Shown: positions 30,991-47,857 of the stretch, in pieces
Position numbering within the stretch: the first letter of the stretch is position 1
Layout of the letters: each line of letters begins with the position of its first letter
Assembly (NCBI GenBank): GCA_964016885.1
Contig: OZ024744.1
Location: 77,066,001 to 77,130,000, forward strand
Origin: Eledone cirrhosa
Taxonomy: Eukaryota
DNA: 64,000 nucleotides
Reading direction: 5' to 3'
Program-made: the position numbers and the translations under genes
Notes under the pieces: generated by a model
Database searches by the model: none
The model's input: only the letters and a program-made list of their open reading frames with translations
Told to the model about the DNA's origin: nothing

Positions 30991-33900
30991 ACTTCTGGAA
31001 AGCATACAAATGCGAAAAATATGTCGAAACGCATTCGAAATGGCTCTCTCTCTCACGGCACCCAAACTCCCTCGTAAATACCTAATTACAGAAATTGCAG
31101 GAGAACCAGAAGAAGAAACAAAACTCCGATGGGAACTTACATTGACAAAATTCAGGACCGACATCTCCATTTCTCAATGCAAACAATCCCGCTACAAAGC
31201 CAAATATGAAGCTATCGATGACCAAATTGAAGTTGAAATTTCAAAGCTAACGACTGGTATTATAGCTGAAAAACTACGATAACTATGGATCAGAGATATC
31301 TCAATAGAAGAAAACAAATCAAGAAAGGTATGGCAGCAGAAAAAATTATTTCTCGACGAATATGCTGCAAATTACGGTAAAGACTCTGGAACCCTGAGAA
31401 AAAGCATTAAAAGTGGACAATCTCACCAACACAACATACGCCAGAACACGTGCCAACACAAACACTCACCTTACCTTGAATCAAAGAAGAACTACGGTAA
31501 TAACTCTTCGCTTTTTCTACAAAAACACCCTAACGCACACAACATGAACAAAAAGCACAAACACAATAGATATTCCTTTGACCAGACCATGAGAAGTAGT
31601 AAAACCAGGAGATCATTCTCAAGATCTCAACAGAGACTACCCACAAGGAACGGGGAAACAAAACGTAGAATAACCAGATCACTCTCAAGATCTCAACAGA
31701 GATTACCCACAAGAAACTGGGCGAAAAAACGATCTAAACCTGAAAGCAAACCTAGGTCATTTCCCCAGATTGTTAAAAATAATGCTAACAAGAAATGGAA
31801 AAATAATATACATAATACCAAAAATAGGACAAAATACATAACAAAACCAAATATAATATCACGACCAAAAGTTCATCAAGCAAACACCAACAGGAATATA
31901 AATCCTGAACAGAGAAAAATCCATTTTTTAACGTCAGGACAACAAAAACCGGAAAAAGAAAAACTCCAGGATGAAACATATCCAAAACAACTGTACACGT
32001 AGATCCTAAAATAATTAATTTATCCAAAAGAGATCTTGACAATGATGAAATGCAAATTCTGTCAAAAGGACTGAAATTCACACCGACTCCAACAGTCAAC
32101 CACCAAGAACTGAAGGAGGATACCCAAGAATTCTGTCGAAAATTACGTCTTGTAGAATTCTTCGCTGATAAAAGTAATGAGAGTGATGAATCACTAGTAA
32201 AGAATAAATCAAATTTCACTCCGCCAAAAGGAAGAAATATCTATCTCGACCAATACATTGACATTCTGTCTAAATTTCCTCTTAGGCGTAATATTAATGT
32301 CAGGCCAAACATTGACAAATCAGAAATGTCTGCACTTAAACGTATACAAAATGATAAAAAAAATAATAATTAAACAAGCAGATAAAGGGGGTGCAGTTGT
32401 TATAATGGATACTGAATACTACAAGGATTTGGTTGAGGAACAACTGAAAGACACAACATTCTATCATGAAATACCGTCAAATATAGACCACAACATCATG
32501 AAGAAGATCAACAACTTGGCTTCAAAATACCACAACTCACTTACTGATAAGGAAAGAGACTACATCACCAATTTTTAGCCAAAACCCAGCAACCTGTATG
32601 GCCTACCGAAAGTTCATAAGTCAAACGATATACAACTGGCAGTAAGAGAACAAAACAGTGAGTACATTAAATTACTACACCCAAAAGACTTAAAACTTAG
32701 ACCTATTATAGCTGGTCCAACATGCCCCACCCACCGTCTAAGCAATTTTGTTGACATTATTTTGAAACCACTATGTATTCACATACCCAGTTTCATCCGG
32801 GATGATATCGACTTCCTGTCCCATCTTCCCAAAACCACGGAAACGAATTCACTTCTACTTAGTTTTGATGTTAAGCCTTTACACCAACATTACACATGAT
32901 TTAGGAATAAAGGCGGTTAAATACTGGGTGGAAAAACATAGAGAAGTGATTCCCATCAGATTCACAGCGCCATTTATATTAGACGCAGTTAAACTTATTC
33001 TGGAAAACAACACTTTCTTCTTCAATGGAAAGAATTACATCCAAATTAGAGGCACAGCGATGGGAACGAAGTTTGCTCCCGTTTACGCGAACTCTGTAAT
33101 GGGATACTTAGAACAACAACTCTACCAAGAAATAGAGGAAAAAGATAGTACTGACTTTAGAAAGTACATTGAAAAATCTTGGAAGAGTTACCTTGACGAC
33201 TGTTTCATCATCTGGACAGAATCTCTAGATACTCTAGATGAGTTCAATATCCTCCTGAATAACCTACACCCATCTCTCCAATTCACAAAAGAGATGAGTA
33301 GTACCAAATTACCATTCCTAGATATAATGATAATCAAAAACGACACCACCATTACCACGGATATATATTATAAACACACAGACACCCATCAATATCTGAA
33401 TTTTAAGTCGTGCCATCCACCTCATACAAAACGCAACATCCCATACTGTCTAGCCAGAAGAATTTGTACCATTGTAGAAGATACGAATACCAGGTACAAA
33501 CGCCTTACAGAACTAAGAGAATTTTTGCTCAAACAAAAATACCCATCTCTACTTATAGAAAATGGCATACATCAGGCTATAAAAATACCTATACAACAAC
33601 TTAGGACAACCCAAGGAAGTGGTCATACCATTTATAATGACACACAACCCATGTCACCAGAATATCTTCAACACTGCCAAAGCAAACCTACCGATCATTG
33701 CTCAAAGTAATGAATTAAAAGGCTTAATCACAGATCGATCTTTGACACTTAGTAAAAGACAGCCGAAAGATTTGAAGCAATTACTAACAAAAGCAAAGTT
33801 TGACCTTAACAACAAAAACCAATCATTCACTGTATCTAAATGCAATGATAGTCGATGTGGCACATGTCAATCCATACACGCCGGTCAATATATGAAAACG

Positions 33901-34704
33901 AAAACTGTAAAAATATTCCCAAATGCAAATATGAACTGCAAAAGCAGAAATCTAATTCACTGCATTAAATGCCCGAATTGTGAAGAACTATATGTCGGTC
34001 AAACTGGAAATGCACTATCGGAACGTGCACGGGTACACCGACAGCAAATCAGAGACCCAAATGTCCGTCAGATACCCCTAAGTAACCATCTAGCAACATG
34101 TGGTCAGGGAATATTTATAATATTCCCATTCTACAAATTACACAGCCCAAGTGAAATCAAGAGAAAAATCAAAGAAAAGAATTTTATTGATAAATTCAAA
34201 CCCAAGAAAAATGAACAATAATAATGGGTTATTAATCCTACTATGACTATGACTACGACTACTAACAACAACAACAACAATAATAACAATAATAAAAGTG
34301 ATGTTGATGGTTCATCATTTCTAAAAATAGCAAAACGATTAATGCTTTGGATAGGGTCAATTAGTAGTCGTTAGACATGCTCAACCAACCGTGACACCTA
34401 AACCAATCAGCTTTAGTAATCCAGTGAATCTACACACCGATTGGTCGAAATACGTTTTGCAAGATTTAGCATTCTGGAGCCACTTTTCACTGTATATAAG
34501 GCACAAAATTTACCCATCTCATTACAGTTGAAAATTGCAAACTTGACTGTCACCAAACATTATGAACCTGAAGATTGCGAAAGCATGAAAGTACTTGCTC
34601 AATTAACACTTAACATTTAATATTCTACCATACTATTTCATTCTAATACCATTATAAATTTTAAAGGATTGTAAATAAAACGAGTAAATCAGACAAAGTT
34701 GGAA

Positions 34705-34710
<6 letters not shown>
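30991..34710 (+). mobile_element. Neptune-like PLE, near full length, frameshifted
   Basis: IINLS..LSKGLKFTPTP, IKQADKGGAVVIMD, YGLPKVHK, RPIIAG, GTAMGTKFAP.YAN, YLDD, LPFLD, CxxxRCxxC linker, YVGQTG..LSER..HR; HHR in 3' UTR. Confidence 0.88.
34563..34601 (+). ncRNA. minimal hammerhead ribozyme motif
   Basis: ugaac-CUGAAGA-uugc(gaaa)gcau-GAAA-guac-UU-gcuca. Confidence 0.7.
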
Positions 34711-34772
<62 letters not shown>

Positions 34773-34777
<5 letters not shown>

Positions 34778-35101
34778 CGGGTAAAATTCCCGAGTTCCAT
34801 GGACGAGTTCTCTCCAGCGGTCTCTGTCCCTCATTATCGCTGCCATGTCCTGCGTCTCCAACAGACCAGTGTCTGTCCTTAGGGCATCAACATACGTTAA
34901 CCTAGGTCTTCCTTGGCTCTGAATATTAATCAGTATACACTGAGGATGAAAAACTCAGAGCTGTATGGGAGCATCCCAAAAGTCAGCTCAAAAGTGACAC
35001 AGAGGAGATTGAGGTTAGCTGGACATGCTCACCGACATCCAGAGTTGACATTGCACTCAGTGCTCTTTTGGGAGCCCCTACATGGACACACTAGAAGAGG
35101 A
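34773..35101. mobile_element. RTE-like 3' fragment with internal inversion
   Basis: 34773-34912 matches 30331-30475 in the same orientation; 34913-35101 is the adjacent upstream part inverted. Confidence 0.8.
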
Positions 35102-35198
35102 ATATATATATATATTAATATATATATATATATTATATTATATTATTATATAATATATATATATATATTATATTATATTATTATATAATATATATATA

Positions 35199-35270
<72 letters not shown>

Positions 35271-35283
35271 TCTATATATATAT

Positions 35284-35607
35284 AGTAATAATAATAAATT
35301 TGAAGTCTAAAATCCAAAGAGGGCTCGATAAGGATAAATATATATCAACTATATAAGAACCGTAGAACAAATATTTATTAAAATAACAGATTAAAGTTTA
35401 AGCAAAGAATCGCTGCTTTCACCCTTAATGGGATCTTCTGAAACTAACAAATTCAATCTGTGAACGCAGAAGTGAATATTTCAAAAAACGTTGCAACCGG
35501 AGAAAGACAGGAAGACGATACTTTGGTTCGTGGAAACGTTCCCTGGCAAAGATCCCGTTACGGGTGAAAGCACCGATTCTTTGCTTAAACTTTAATCTGT
35601 TATTTTA

Positions 35608-35612
<5 letters not shown>
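35284..35612 (-). repeat. solo copy of the Naiad upstream/pLTR region with a short inverted duplication
   Basis: Homologous to 19251-19518; 35548-35612 is the reverse complement of ~35370-35437. Confidence 0.7.
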
Positions 35613-35684
<72 letters not shown>

Positions 35685-35734
35685 CATATATGTGTATATT
35701 ATATACATATATACATATATATGTATATTATATA

Positions 35735-35828
35735 TCTTTGCCTTTCATCCTTACGGGGTCGATAAAATAAAGTACCAGTAATACACTGGGATAATTGGTG
35801 GCCTTGTGCCAAACGTAGAAACAATTAT
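35735..35828 (+). mobile_element. SINE 3' fragment
   Basis: Matches the 3' half of the 7501 SINE. Confidence 0.7.
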
Positions 35829-35845
35829 ATATATATATATACATG

Positions 35846-35877
<32 letters not shown>

Positions 35878-35880
35878 TAA

Positions 35881-35968
<88 letters not shown>

Positions 35969-36392
35969 GAATAATCGAGTATCGAAAAATCGGCGCACGA
36001 GTTCACGATAAACAAAATTCGATATGAGCGGCAGAGTGCTCCATAATTTAGATAAATCAGAGCTATAACTATCGTTAAAATACCGTCACACACAGAACAA
36101 GTCTATAATCAACCGCACGATCGAAAATTTGCGATCCGGAAGATTCGGGACACTCAGATAAAAAATCAATAAATCAATAAATTAAATGAATGTAAAAAGC
36201 ATACCCGGACCCGCTAGGAAGATGTTAAATCTAGCTTCTTGGGTTTCTGTAAATCCTTAAACTGTTCTCTATCAGCTCACATAAAAATATATAAGACTTC
36301 TAGATATCAGTGGACAGGAAAATTTACTTCATCAACGAGCTTTGTCCAAACGAATGAAATGGCATAACCCAAGCTAAATACGCACATGGAAT

Positions 36393-40299
<3,907 letters not shown>

Positions 40300-40362
40300 T
40301 TATATATGTATATATATATACATATATACTTATATATGTATTTATATATATACTTATATATG

Positions 40363-40394
<32 letters not shown>

Positions 40395-40444
40395 CACATA
40401 TATATGCATATATACATATATATGTATATATATATATATACATG

Positions 40445-40477
<33 letters not shown>

Positions 40478-40510
40478 GCATATATATGTATATATATACA
40501 TATATATGTA

Positions 40511-40561
<51 letters not shown>

Positions 40562-40679
40562 ATACATGTATATATGTACATGTGTATATATGTATATATA
40601 TATATAATTGTATATATATAGACTCTCGCTATTCCCTGTCAATAATCTGCTCAAAGGAGTAGGAATCCTGAGCTCTTTA

Positions 40680-41010
40680 AAATACAATATGTTGAAAAGG
40701 TAACACACTAGAGAGAGATAGTGCGCCATCAATAAAACAGGGAAAACCACCAGTGTATGGAATCTATAATCTATGGAAGGCAGGGTAGAGACACGATCTG
40801 TTTCGCCAATAAGTTGTTGACAGAAATGAAATAGCCATGGTTCATCAGCGTGTGTAAGGCTATACAATCCAGACAACTCTAAGATAATCTAAAGCGATCG
40901 CCCAGTTACACGTGGGAGAGAGATGTCACAGCGTTTTAGGGCAGTGAACCAGTGGTGTCTGAGGGACGAGCTGCTAGAAAGGGCAGCCCAAAAGCATTCA
41001 GAGAAGTGTG
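40680..41010 (-). repeat. HHR-like-bearing non-coding repeat (probable PLE pLTR)
   Basis: Homologous to 57540-57930; minus strand CUGAUGA...GAAA at 40790-40853. Confidence 0.55.
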
Positions 41011-41091
41011 ATATCTGTCTTGATTGTTCAATTCCAGTATTGGAATTGAACAATCAAGACCGTTGCAGTATGTCATATATCAAATCATATA

Positions 41092-41153
41092 TTTTGTCTG
41101 GTGAAGACATACTGAAAAAAAAACACAGTACCTCTGAAATATATATAATAAAG
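41092..41153 (+). ncRNA. degenerate hammerhead motif (CUGGUGA)
   Basis: uuuugu-CUGGUGA-stem II-GAAA-uauaua-UA-auaaag; context resembles the 49605 family. Confidence 0.45.
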
Positions 41154-41296
41154 TATATATTTTTATTATGAGAATATTTTTCATTTGTTAATATTTTGAA
41201 TAATATTCAAAACTCCAGGAAAACGTTCTGTTGAGTGCTTCTAACTATTGTAAAAGTGCATTCATTGAGTATTCAACGAACTATACTAAACTTTGG

Positions 41297-41380
<84 letters not shown>

Positions 41381-41391
41381 ATATATATATA

Positions 41392-41559
41392 TAAGAAGAC
41401 CGAAGTTGAACAGAAAGAACAAATAGCATAACAACAACAACCACATAAACACACACTAGTGAGCAAAGTAGAACACAAAAACAGATACACTCAAACACGA
41501 ACACACACACCAAACATTATACACACACGCAAACGCACACGCAGAGACGAAGACAAGAA

Positions 41560-41594
<35 letters not shown>

Positions 41595-41796
41595 AATAAA
41601 AATAACCGTTGGTCAATCAATAATAAACGTTGATTGCTAAATAAATTAACTATGGAGATATAAAAGATACAGAAGCGAAAACCAACCAAACAGTGAGTGG
41701 TGTTCTGTTATTATTTCTGGCAATATTATTATAACAATATGACTCTCCCCATTTGTTTCGACACACGATTCCATATCAAAAACCTTGCAAAATAAA

Positions 41797-41800
<4 letters not shown>
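41392..41800 (+). mobile_element. PLE family A 3'-terminal fragment
   Basis: RRPKLNRKN then UTR and terminus; another terminal piece at 42928-43030. Confidence 0.75.
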
Positions 41801-41864
<64 letters not shown>

Positions 41865-41869
<5 letters not shown>

Positions 41870-42180
41870 AAAAAGAGATGAAATCGAAAATGCAACTGGA
41901 GTCTTATTTTTTTTTTAAATATATATATTTATTTGGTTCCTTTACCGGTTTCGCAGTTCTTCTGCTTTTCAAAAGGTGAGTTGAGATGGAGGGTCTGTGG
42001 TTTTTCTCACGTCTGTGGTTTTTCTCACATCGATGTGAGAAAAACCACAGACCCTCCATCTCAACTCACCTTTTGAAAAGCAGAAGAACTGCGAAATCGG
42101 TAAAGGAACCAAATAAATATATATATTTTTTTTAAAAATAAGACTCCAGTTGCATTTTCGATTTCATCTCTTTTTCTTTA
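41865..42180. repeat. ~315-bp near-perfect palindrome with two opposed UUGAAAA hammerheads
   Basis: Centre acatcgatgt at 42027-42036; HHRs at 41939-41976(-) and 42069-42106(+). Confidence 0.85.
42069..42106 (+). ncRNA. hammerhead motif, UUGAAAA (U3-A8) variant
   Basis: ccuu-UUGAAAA-gcag(aagaa)cugc-GAAA-ucgg-UA-aagg (ccgg in the other arm). Confidence 0.7.
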
Positions 42181-42261
42181 CTTTCACTCGTGTAGGACAC
42201 CTCGGTTATTTTTCATTTTGTAAAAAAAACCTCACTTTCTAATATATATATATATATATGT

Positions 42262-42836
42262 ATAAGAAAAATGGAGTGGTGCGTGGTTGCACATGGGTTA
42301 CATATGAATAAAATTAGTCCTTCTTCAGTGATTTTCCAACCTTCATTGGTATTTCATCGCTTTAAAAATCATATACCTCTGGTTGGTGCGAGCAATAACT
42401 AAATAAAGTTATTGGGACAAGTAAAATAGCGTGAAGCGAGCGAGACATGTAAACAAACAAAGAAGGTATTGCAACGGAAAGATAGGAAGAGACAATTACA
42501 TGATATCTATAAGCTTAAGCTTGGTGAAATGATGGATGAGAGATACAGACCATCCGACATGGGTGAGATATGAGCGAGAAAAGGATTTTACACAGGTCAA
42601 ACGGGAGGAAGTGAGAGAGGGGGAGAAGCAGAGAGTGAATGAGTGGAAGTGTGAGGAAGAGGCCAGCTGAGAGAGAGTGTGACTGGCAGAGGGGGTAAAA
42701 AGAAGCTGTGAGAAACAGCCAGAGGGGTAGCAGTAAGAAAGAAACAGACAATCGCAGCGAGAAAAAATATAAATATAAGAAAAATGGAGTGCTGCGTGGT
42801 TGCACATGGGTTACATATGAATAAAATTAGTCCTTC
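42262..42836 (-). repeat. unclassified non-coding element with ~62-bp terminal direct repeats
   Basis: 42262-42323 matches 42774-42836; diverged relative at 62252-62915 with its own direct repeats. Confidence 0.6.
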
Positions 42837-43221
42837 ATATTATATATATATATATATGTGTGTGTATATATATATATACATATATACATAAAATATATAT
42901 ATACATAAATATATATTATATATATATTAATCCTGGCAATATTATTACAAACAATATGACTCTCCCCAAGTATAATAATATTTGTTTCGACACACGATTT
43001 TCATATCAAAAACCTTGCAAAATAAATTCATATATATATATACATATATATATGTATATATATATGTATATATATATGTAGGCACCTAGCAGTCAACGAG
43101 CTGCTAAACGAGCTGCTACCAAGATGAAAAATACTGTGAAATCCCACAATGAATTTTATACTTGAATTTTCAAATCTCAAATTTTAACTCTTCTTATTAT
43201 TAATTTTTCTTAATATTAATC

Positions 43222-43269
43222 AACATTTGAAAAGATGGCTTTTGCAGACCCATCGAAACCGGTCATTTT
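43222..43269 (+). ncRNA. hammerhead motif, UUGAAAA variant
   Basis: aacau-UUGAAAA-gaugg(...)ccauc-GAAA-ccgg-UC-auuuu. Confidence 0.6.
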
Positions 43270-43417
43270 TTATACCCTTTATTATTTCCTTACCTTATAA
43301 AATTATATGTTTTTTCACAAAAAAGTATTCTGTCTCTTATATATTCCATGTGCCATTACCAACCTCAATTTTCTCTATATATATGTATAAGTATATATAT
43401 ATATATATATATTATAA

Positions 43418-43539
<122 letters not shown>

Positions 43540-43552
43540 AGAGAGAGAGAGG

Positions 43553-43588
<36 letters not shown>

Positions 43589-43685
43589 ATGTTGGTTGTA
43601 TACCAACACCTCAGTATGCAGATTGGAGCACTCGACGAAGTGTGCAGGTTGGTTTGGTTTACTCCGGAGTAATGTCAAAACAAAA

Positions 43686-44905
43686 TAAACTAAGTCAAAT
43701 GTTTAAAATTTGGCTTCGGTTATTACTGCTATATATATTTCGGTGACAGCCATCTTTGGCTGTGACCTCTTCAGCAGTCCGAATTAGAAACGAGTACAAT
43801 GTTGTTGATGTGTGTTAACTTTGTCAATACTCTGATATGCTCAGTTCCTGGTTGGGTAGTTATTTCACTGAGGAACTGGAATCATATGAATTTAAACAAA
43901 CGAATTTCAGCGCCAAAAGACATCTTCTCCTCTCATTGGTCAGTTGTGAGACCATTCCTCAGTCAAAAAGTCTATAGAAATTCGTTCTGAGGCGAGGCAA
44001 TCTGAAGTGGTTGTTCTTGTTATTGTTAAGTACATCTGACCTCTACTCTTATGTTGGTAGTGGTGTTGGTGTTGGAGTCAAGCTCAAAAAAATGATAAAG
44101 TGGTAGAAGGAATAAGATGGTAAAGGAACAAAATAAAATAATCAAATAAAATGTGTGTGTGTTATACCCAATCTCAATGTTAGAAAGATTTGCCATGCAT
44201 ATGAAGAAATAGAAGGCAATAAAATGAAGAAAACAATAAAATGAAGAAAACACCACTACCAAAATAAGGTAGAGGTCAGATGTACTTAACAATAGCAAAA
44301 ACAAACACTACAGGTAGCCTCACCCCAGAAAGAATTTCTATAGACTTTTGACTGAGGAATGCTCTCAAAACTGACCAATGGGAGAGTGACCTTACAAATC
44401 TTTCTAACATTGAGATTGGGTATAACACACACACATTTTATTTTATTATTTTATTTTGTTCCTTTACCATCTTATTCCTTCTACCACTTTATCATTTTTT
44501 TAGCTGGCTCCAATACCAACACCACTACCAACATAAGAGTAGAGGTCAGATGTACTTAACAATAACAAGAACAATCACTACAGATTGCCTCGCTCTCAGA
44601 ACGATTTCTATAGACTTTTGACTGGGGAATGTTCTCACAACTGACCAATGAGAGGAGAATATGTCCTTTGACACTGAAATTCGTTTGCTTAAATTCATAT
44701 GATTCCAGTTCCTCAGTGAAATAACAACCCGACCAGGAACTGGGCATATCAGAGTATTGACAAAGTTAAACACATCAACAACATGTGTTCTCGTCTCTAC
44801 CACACTAATTCGGACTGCCTGAAGAGGTCACAACCAAATATGGGCTGTCACCGAAATATATATAGCAGTAATAAACGAAGCCAAATTTTAAACATTTGAC
44901 TTATT
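43686..44905. repeat. foldback with ~510-bp arms, two opposed HHRs and an extra partial copy in the spacer
   Basis: 43686-44192 vs 44395-44905; 44250-44382 repeats 44518-44650. Confidence 0.8.
44814..44869 (+). ncRNA. hammerhead ribozyme motif
   Basis: acugc-CUGAAGA-stem II-GAAA-uauaua-UA-gcagu; inverted copy at 43725-43778. Confidence 0.75.
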
Positions 44906-44910
44906 TATTT

Positions 44911-44968
<58 letters not shown>

Positions 44969-44970
<2 letters not shown>

Positions 44971-47365
44971 CGAAGGAAATGTGGTAAGGAACCAGGTGGA
45001 CCATAACGCACCAAAGTACTCAATACTTAGGGTAGTAGAGTGGGTAATAGGAACCAGTAAGACCCCGTCGGCTGAGCTCAAGCCGTTTCGACGGCTAATT
45101 CTGGACTAAATGAAAATTTATCCTGGTATTTAAATAGCCGAGCTTCTCAAGGGGTAATTCCATATATGGTGAAAGTGATTGTCAAAAGGTAGTAGTAATT
45201 CTGTGATTGCAAATTAGTAGGGGAGATGGTGGCTAAACCTGCCAGTAGGAGAAAAAGGGGAGGGGTGGAGAAGACCCAATCATGCGTTGGTAGTGCCAGC
45301 TACAGCTGGGCATGAGGTCAAAGAAGATACTGGGGAGGGGGAGGGGAGTCGAAACGGTAGGTAGAACAATGAGGGTTAAAAAATATATATATGAAAGAAA
45401 AAATACTGAGAGTGATGAAAAGCGAATAATTGTAAAGAAAAAAGAGTATAAAAGCAAGTTCTACGATCTAAGTCTCTAGCTGTTGTTAGGCTAGAAAAAT
45501 AAAGAAAGAAATAAAGAAAGAAATAAAGAAAGAAATAAAGAAATAACGAAATAAGTAAATAAACTAGGTGGGACGGAATAGGCAAGGACCCTTTTAAGAG
45601 GTATAAGTACGTAAATCATACGGTGACGGGTCAACAAATGGGGCCAAAATACTAAAGAAACTACCACGAAATAAATAATAAAGGTTTCTATCCCGGGCAC
45701 CAGGCCAGCAACCACCCAGTGCAGCAAAGTAAACTAGTACTAGATAATAATTCTGAGTCCCGAAAAAAATATATACTAATGCTAACTCTAAAGGTACCGC
45801 CGCGCTACAAAAGATCTTATACAAGCTACATGAAAGTTCGTACCAACTAAAGGTAGAATACGGAAAAATAAATTCAGAATCCACTCAGCCCAAAAGAAAA
45901 GAGAAGAAAGAAATACTGAAACGAGAAAATAAGGCATAAGTGCCACTAAGAAATATAGAAGGCACGGAAAATAGGAGGAGCGGTCGGAAAAGGGGGCAAG
46001 TATCCGGGGTCTAACACAGCTGCTATAAAAAGCGGAGTCCGCCAAATCTATCATAGACTAGGGGAGGGGTGGGGGTACTGAGGCTACAAGGGGCCAAAGG
46101 GCAGCCTCGGGTGGGCGAGAAAAGACGCCGACAAAGGAGAAGAACTGGGGTAGAAGGACTAAGGAGGGATGGGGGAAGAGGGAAATAAAGGAAGCCATAA
46201 AAGAATAAAAAGATCTTACGTCTCCCTTGGCAAGCAGGAGTTACCCATTGCAAAATCGGCAAGTGGGGTATTATAGCCCTAGTCTACCACCCCGGGTCAT
46301 TATGGGGTTTGAGGGCGAGGTAAGTCCTACGCAATCTATGTTTACATGCAGTAACCAGTTCATCTTTCTTGTTTAGGAGTTGGTCCGTCGAAAACAACAT
46401 TTGTAAAGTTTCCTCCGAGCATAAATTGCACGGACGGCGTCCTCCCGTGTAAGAATTGGCTCTGGACAGTAATCTCCAAATGAAATCATAGGTGATGTTG
46501 TTGTCCTTGAGGTCCCATATGTGGCCCGAAAGTGTAGTGGCGTGACGCCGGGCCGGGTTTCGGAAGGTATGTCTATGTTGGTATAGCCGGGTCTTGAAGT
46601 CACATGCGGTTAGTCCTATATAAGCTTTGTTGGAGGTATCCGTCCTCACGTTGCACTGGTAGATCACATTACGGTCTCTGCATCTATTGTCGAGTGGGCA
46701 AATGGATCTATCCGGACAGTTGCACCTCCTGGTCGGCTCTCCACTGCTATTTAGGTTATTTCTTCCATCGGGGTTGAGTTTTTTGTTGTTAGAGGAGACG
46801 ATGTTTTGTGCGAAGTTTGGTGTAGTGCTGTAAGAGAGTTTGATGGTATTTTTGTTAATTATGTTGTGGTAGCGGTGTTGTAGTGGGAAGTGTTTTTCAA
46901 TGAGCCTAAAGAATAGTTTCCCGATGGGAGTTGTCACCTCTGCGTTGTGGGGAGGATTGAACCATGTTACATTGCGTGATCGGCGGTGTCTCCTGCTGGT
47001 TCCGCTAATGGGAGCTGGACAGTAGGATATTTCCTCCCGGAAACCACTCCGCTTGAGGACCTAGTTGTAATAAGGCGCATGTTCATCGAATATCCGCTCA
47101 TTAGCTGACAAACGGGATATGCGGAAGGAGATGTTTTTGACCAGGTTGTTGGTAATGTTCCTAGGATGGTTTGATCGGCGGTGGATGTAGTGCAGGTTGT
47201 CATTAGGTTTCCTGTATGGGTAGTACAGGTCGTTTTCGAGGTCGAGGGTCACGTCCAGGAAGTTTACTCGGGTCAGGGACGTTTGTAGGGTTATTTTAAA
47301 TCCCCAGTCGCGAAAGAAGCTGATTAATTGTTTCCGGACCCGATCTGTACAACTGGGGTTGTACC
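44969..47365 (-). mobile_element. Naiad-like PLE, 5'-truncated, with ~1.3-kb 3' UTR
   Basis: VNFLDVTLDL..PYRKPN, WFNPP, ORF 46284-46937; terminus 44975-45100 has an inverted copy at 48765-48895. Confidence 0.85.
46284..46937 (-). pseudogene. Naiad GIY-YIG endonuclease domain
   Basis: TIKLSYS, CNC...CPL...C, VIYQC..YIGLT..FKTR..QH..TF, TTLS.HIW.LK, CNLC.EE, LLNKKDELV..CKH. Confidence 0.88.
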
Positions 47366-47461
47366 CTCAAGCGGAGTGGTTTCCGGGAGGAAATATCCTA
47401 CTGTCCAGCTCCCATTAGGAGTTCTCTGAGTCTCAAGGAGTTCTCTGAGTCTCCTCTCCCA

Positions 47462-47822
47462 CCATACCAGAGTGTCATGTTCGTGGATGCTACCCCTGGA
47501 GGGAAATTAGCTAAGCAATGTATAAAGGCCCTAAGAAATGACTCAAGAGGTAGGCAAATCAGAGAAGCAACTGAGATAGAACTAAGAAGACCGAAGTTGA
47601 ACAGAAAGAACGAATGGAATAACAACAACAACCATACCCAAACAAACAATACTGACTTAAGGGAAATATAAATAAATAAATAAATATATACACAAGTACA
47701 ATAACAACAAACATATAAACACACACTAGTGAACAAAGATAGAATACAAAAACAAAAACACATACACTCAAACATGGACACACACACGCAAACGCATGCG
47801 CAGAGACAGAGACAAGGAGAAA

Positions 47823-47857
<35 letters not shown>

